In this document: positions 61,093 to 64,000 of the stretch, one piece after another
How the letters are laid out: every line of letters starts with the position of its first letter
How positions within the stretch are numbered: the first letter of the stretch is position 1
Origin: Oculina patagonica
Taxonomy: Eukaryota
Assembly (NCBI RefSeq): GCF_052425735.1
Contig: NC_135760.1
Location: 13,330,001-13,394,000 of the forward strand
Reading direction: 5' to 3'
Length of the DNA stretch: 64,000 nt
Notes under the pieces: model-generated
The model's input: the letters and a program-made list of their open reading frames with translations, nothing else
What the model was told of the DNA's origin: nothing
Database searches by the model: none
Position numbers and translations under genes: made by a program

Positions 61093-61201
61093 TAGTCTAC
61101 TTCGCAGCCGCTTTTTGGGACGTCACGCAACACTCCCCCCAAAGAAGCTCTTTGGGGGGAGCGTTGCGTGACGTCCCAAAAAGCGACTGCGAAGGAGACT
61201 A
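61093..61201. mobile_element. Palindromic TAG..CTA MITE just downstream of the RABL3 stop
   Basis: About 52-bp arms cttcgcagccgctttttgggacgtcacgcaac / gttgcgtgacgtcccaaaaagcgactgcgaag; TSD degenerate (..ttaca). Confidence 0.75.
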
Positions 61202-61259
61202 GCTGTTACAGAGATCACTAGAGTTATTGTAGGCACTGTCACAATTGTTACTCGAGCAA

Positions 61260-62015
61260 TCAAACCATTTTTCGCTTACTAAATCTATCGTAAAACTTTG
61301 GTGATTCTGCAGTACCAAATGACTGCTGTAATTGTGGCACTTCACGAGAATAAAAGCGCCTTTCTATCACTTTATCAAAGAAAGCGCATAACTTTCTGGC
61401 GTTATGAGATCCAGGCTTGAGTTGTTTCATGTCTGTACAGTTCAGATTTATCATATCAGCACCAATTTCTTCAGCAAGATTTAATCCCCTGGAGGAATTT
61501 AGAATTCGTGCAGTTCCTGCTTGATCTAGCTTAGTGCCAATGATTATGACTGGAATCTGGTTTCCTGCAAACTGTTCAGAGTCATAGTCCTCACCGATAT
61601 CAATGGAAAACTCAAACCAACTGTCTTTGTTAGAAGGTTTATGTTGCTTGGTACTCAAGACACTGTTGCTTTCTTTGCCAGAACCTAGCACCTCTGCTAG
61701 CCACCGTCTAAGATTTGTAAATGACTTCTTGTTTGTCAAATCGTGAACAAGAATCAATCCATTGACACCGTTATAAAATATTGATCGGCTGTTTTCGTGG
61801 CTGGCAGAGCCTCCGACATCCCAAAACTCCAGGAAAAAGCTTTTCGTTCCTGGCATGCCTTCTTTGTAGTCGTAGAGTTTTACCTCCACAGTACAGCCTA
61901 TTGTCCATCCCGGGGTCGAAAGACTTTCATCGTGGCAAATATGATGAACTAAAGAGGTCTTTCCGACGCCTGAATCACCAACAACTAAAATCTTGACTTT
62001 CTCCAAGGCAGCCAT
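61260..62015 (-). CDS. RABL3: Rab-like protein 3 (intronless)
   Basis: MAALEKVKILVVGDSGVGKTSLVH, WTIGCTVEV, WDVGGS, LVHDLTNKKS, GTKLD and FFDKVIERRF. Confidence 0.93.
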   Translation of the reverse strand: MAALEKVKILVVGDSGVGKTSLVHHICHDESLSTPGWTIGCTVEVKLYDYKEGMPGTKSFFLEFWDVGGSASHENSRSIFYNGVNGLILVHDLTNKKSFTNLRRWLAEVLGSGKESNSVLSTKQHKPSNKDSWFEFSIDIGEDYDSEQFAGNQIPVIIIGTKLDQAGTARILNSSRGLNLAEEIGADMINLNCTDMKQLKPGSHNARKLCAFFDKVIERRFYSREVPQLQQSFGTAESPKFYDRFSKRKMV

Positions 62016-62148
62016 TTTGCATCTGACACGTCGTACGCAAATAGACTGGGCTCTAGTCACCAGTACTTTTCTTCCTCCGAAAACGCCTTGTGAATTTTCT
62101 TTATTGACTGAAAACAGAAAAAATATTCATCACATAGCCTTCTTCACC

Positions 62149-63404
62149 ATGTCTGTGTCGACCCTTGTAAAAGCCCAGTGGCTACGCCAATTGATGCTTC
62201 AAAAAACAAAATATCTGCGAGTTTTGGATGCGTCTTGGCACCTCCCAAAGGAAAATCGTGATCCGAAGAAAGAGTTTGAGGCGCACAGGATTCCAGGGGC
62301 AAAGTTTTTCGACATTGAAGAGTGCGTGGACAAGTCGTCACCTTACGACCACATGTTGCCAAATACCGAAGATTTCTCAAACTATGTTCGCAGTCTTGGA
62401 ATCAAGAACGACAGCCATGTTATTGTGTACGATAACAACAAAGCTGGTTTATTCTCGGCTCCCCGGGTGTGGTGGATGTTTCGTGCATTCGGGCACGATC
62501 GGGTATCACTTCTGGATGGCGGGTTTCCAAAGTGGTGTGCAGAGGGTTATCCAGTTAAATCAGGACCAGAGAGTTCAAAACCAATTGAAGGTAACAGCTG
62601 GTCTTGTAGATTTAAAATTACTTGTAAAACATGGAGGTCCAGGGTTTTAGCAGGGACAGTCTGCTAAAACCTAAGAAGGGTGGGGTGGATCATGTTGTTG
62701 TCACCCATCTTGATTACCGACAGAACCTCATCGAACAGTAGTTACTGCGCTAAGAATGTCAAACGTCACCAAAAATTACCATTCTGCTGCAAAATTGCCT
62801 TATCATATAGAGACTGAAATACTTTCTATTTTCACACAAAAATTACTCACCCTACCCCTATCTAGGACTGCAGATTTCATCACATTTTTTGGGGGGGCGG
62901 GGGAGTAGTATTCTAACATTCTTCTATTTTGTTATATTTTAATTTATGTTGTTTTTTTAAATTTTCACAGATGGTGGCCCATTCAAAGCAACCTTTAATA
63001 CATCCATGTTCTGTGACTTTGATTTTGTGAAAGCCAATTTAGCACATCCAACCATACAAGTCGCTGATGCACGATCACCTGGCAGATTCTTTGGAACTGA
63101 ACCAGAGCCACGCCCTAACTTCCCGTCTGGTCACATTCCACATGCAAAAAGTTTCCACTACGCTCTGTGTTTAGATCCCGAAACACAGCTGATGAAAGAT
63201 CCCGAGCAGTTGAAGAAAGTTTTTGAGGATGCGGGAATTGATCTTAGAAAACCTCTTATCACATCCTGTGGATCTGGGATCTCAGCATGTATCTTGGCTT
63301 TGGCTGTACACCTTTGTGGGAAAACAACAGACACCATGGTTTATGATGGATCTTGGGTAGAGTGGGCACAACGTGCTACTCCTAATATGATTGAAAAGAA
63401 TTAA
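62149..63404 (+). CDS. MPST: 3-mercaptopyruvate sulfurtransferase (two-domain rhodanese)
   Basis: Exons 62149-62590 and 62971-63404. LRVLDASW, APRVWWMFRAFGH, DARSPGRF, active-site loop CGSGIS (MPST-type rather than CRKGVT) and YDGSWVEW. Confidence 0.88.
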
Positions 63405-64000
63405 GAATTTTTAACACTTCCTTATATAAATTTTCTGCAGTGATGTACAAACAAGGAACATTGTAATTTTGACAGAAAATTGCATCTGTTTAAAATATTT
63501 TAATCAAAGGCTCTTTAAAAAACTGTAATGACAGATTTCCATACCCTTTCCTATACCTAAACTTGTGAAATCCCTTCCCTTTTATATACCAAAAGCCTGA
63601 AAAAGGTACCCCTTTCATGCGGAGCCTCCTAAATAGGCCATTATAAGGAGTACCCCCCCCCCTCCCCCGGGTATAAATGTCACATTGAACTGGATGGAGA
63701 ATCAATTGTGGAGGGGTTTAGTAATAAACTTAAAATAAATGTATGCTATGTTCATTAAGTTATTGTCATAAAAAGCTAAGCATCTGATGCAATAATGACA
63801 CACAGAGTTAAGCCTTAAGGTCTCTACATAAAAATTAATACAACAATCTGAAAGTTTTTTCTTTTGATCAATACCCTACAGTGTATTATTTTATTTATCG
63901 AACACTGACCCAGCTGGGTCACATTAACACATTCTATGTATCACATTATAAAAAGCAGTTTTTTAGCTTTTTTAAAACACTTTGATTTGATGTAAAATAC

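Noticed and set aside
61993-62148. Apparent overlap of RABL3 and MPST ORFs
   Set aside because: Artefact of upstream non-ATG starts in the ORF track; the likely ATGs are 62015 and 62149.

Overview
Eukaryotic, intron-rich, AT-rich animal genomic DNA. The repeat repertoire and gene style suggest an anthozoan such as a stony coral (inference). I reconstructed 13 protein-coding genes from GT-AG junctions: APPBP2 (5' part, runs off the window), MND1, an RluA-family pseudouridine synthase (RPUSD3/4-like), LLPH, PIGL, a DUF3504/Crypton-derived tyrosine-recombinase-like gene, an unnamed MGCxxS-acylated EF-hand gene, HSCB, ACADS, LRRC43, TSSC4, RABL3 and MPST. Twelve of the 13 sit in six head-to-head pairs whose start codons are only 133-193 nt apart. 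Introns and spacers are packed with non-autonomous transposons: TAG..CTA Academ-type elements (3-bp and 9-bp TSDs), TA-flanked Tc1/mariner-type MITEs, Harbinger- and ISL2EU-type MITEs, a Helentron-like element, tRNA-derived SINEs, Penelope remnants with hammerhead-ribozyme cores, and a 1.16-kb (AGTGAC)n array. The best candidates for something new are: (i) a spliced, apparently catalytically dead Crypton-derived gene sharing a promoter with PIGL, together with four TSD-less double-hairpin elements of shared architecture; (ii) a dual-acylation EF-hand protein missed by the ORF track; (iii) TIR elements carrying unexplained GC-rich cargo; (iv) intronic hammerhead motifs in ACADS. All assignments are from reading the sequence by eye; no database searches were run.
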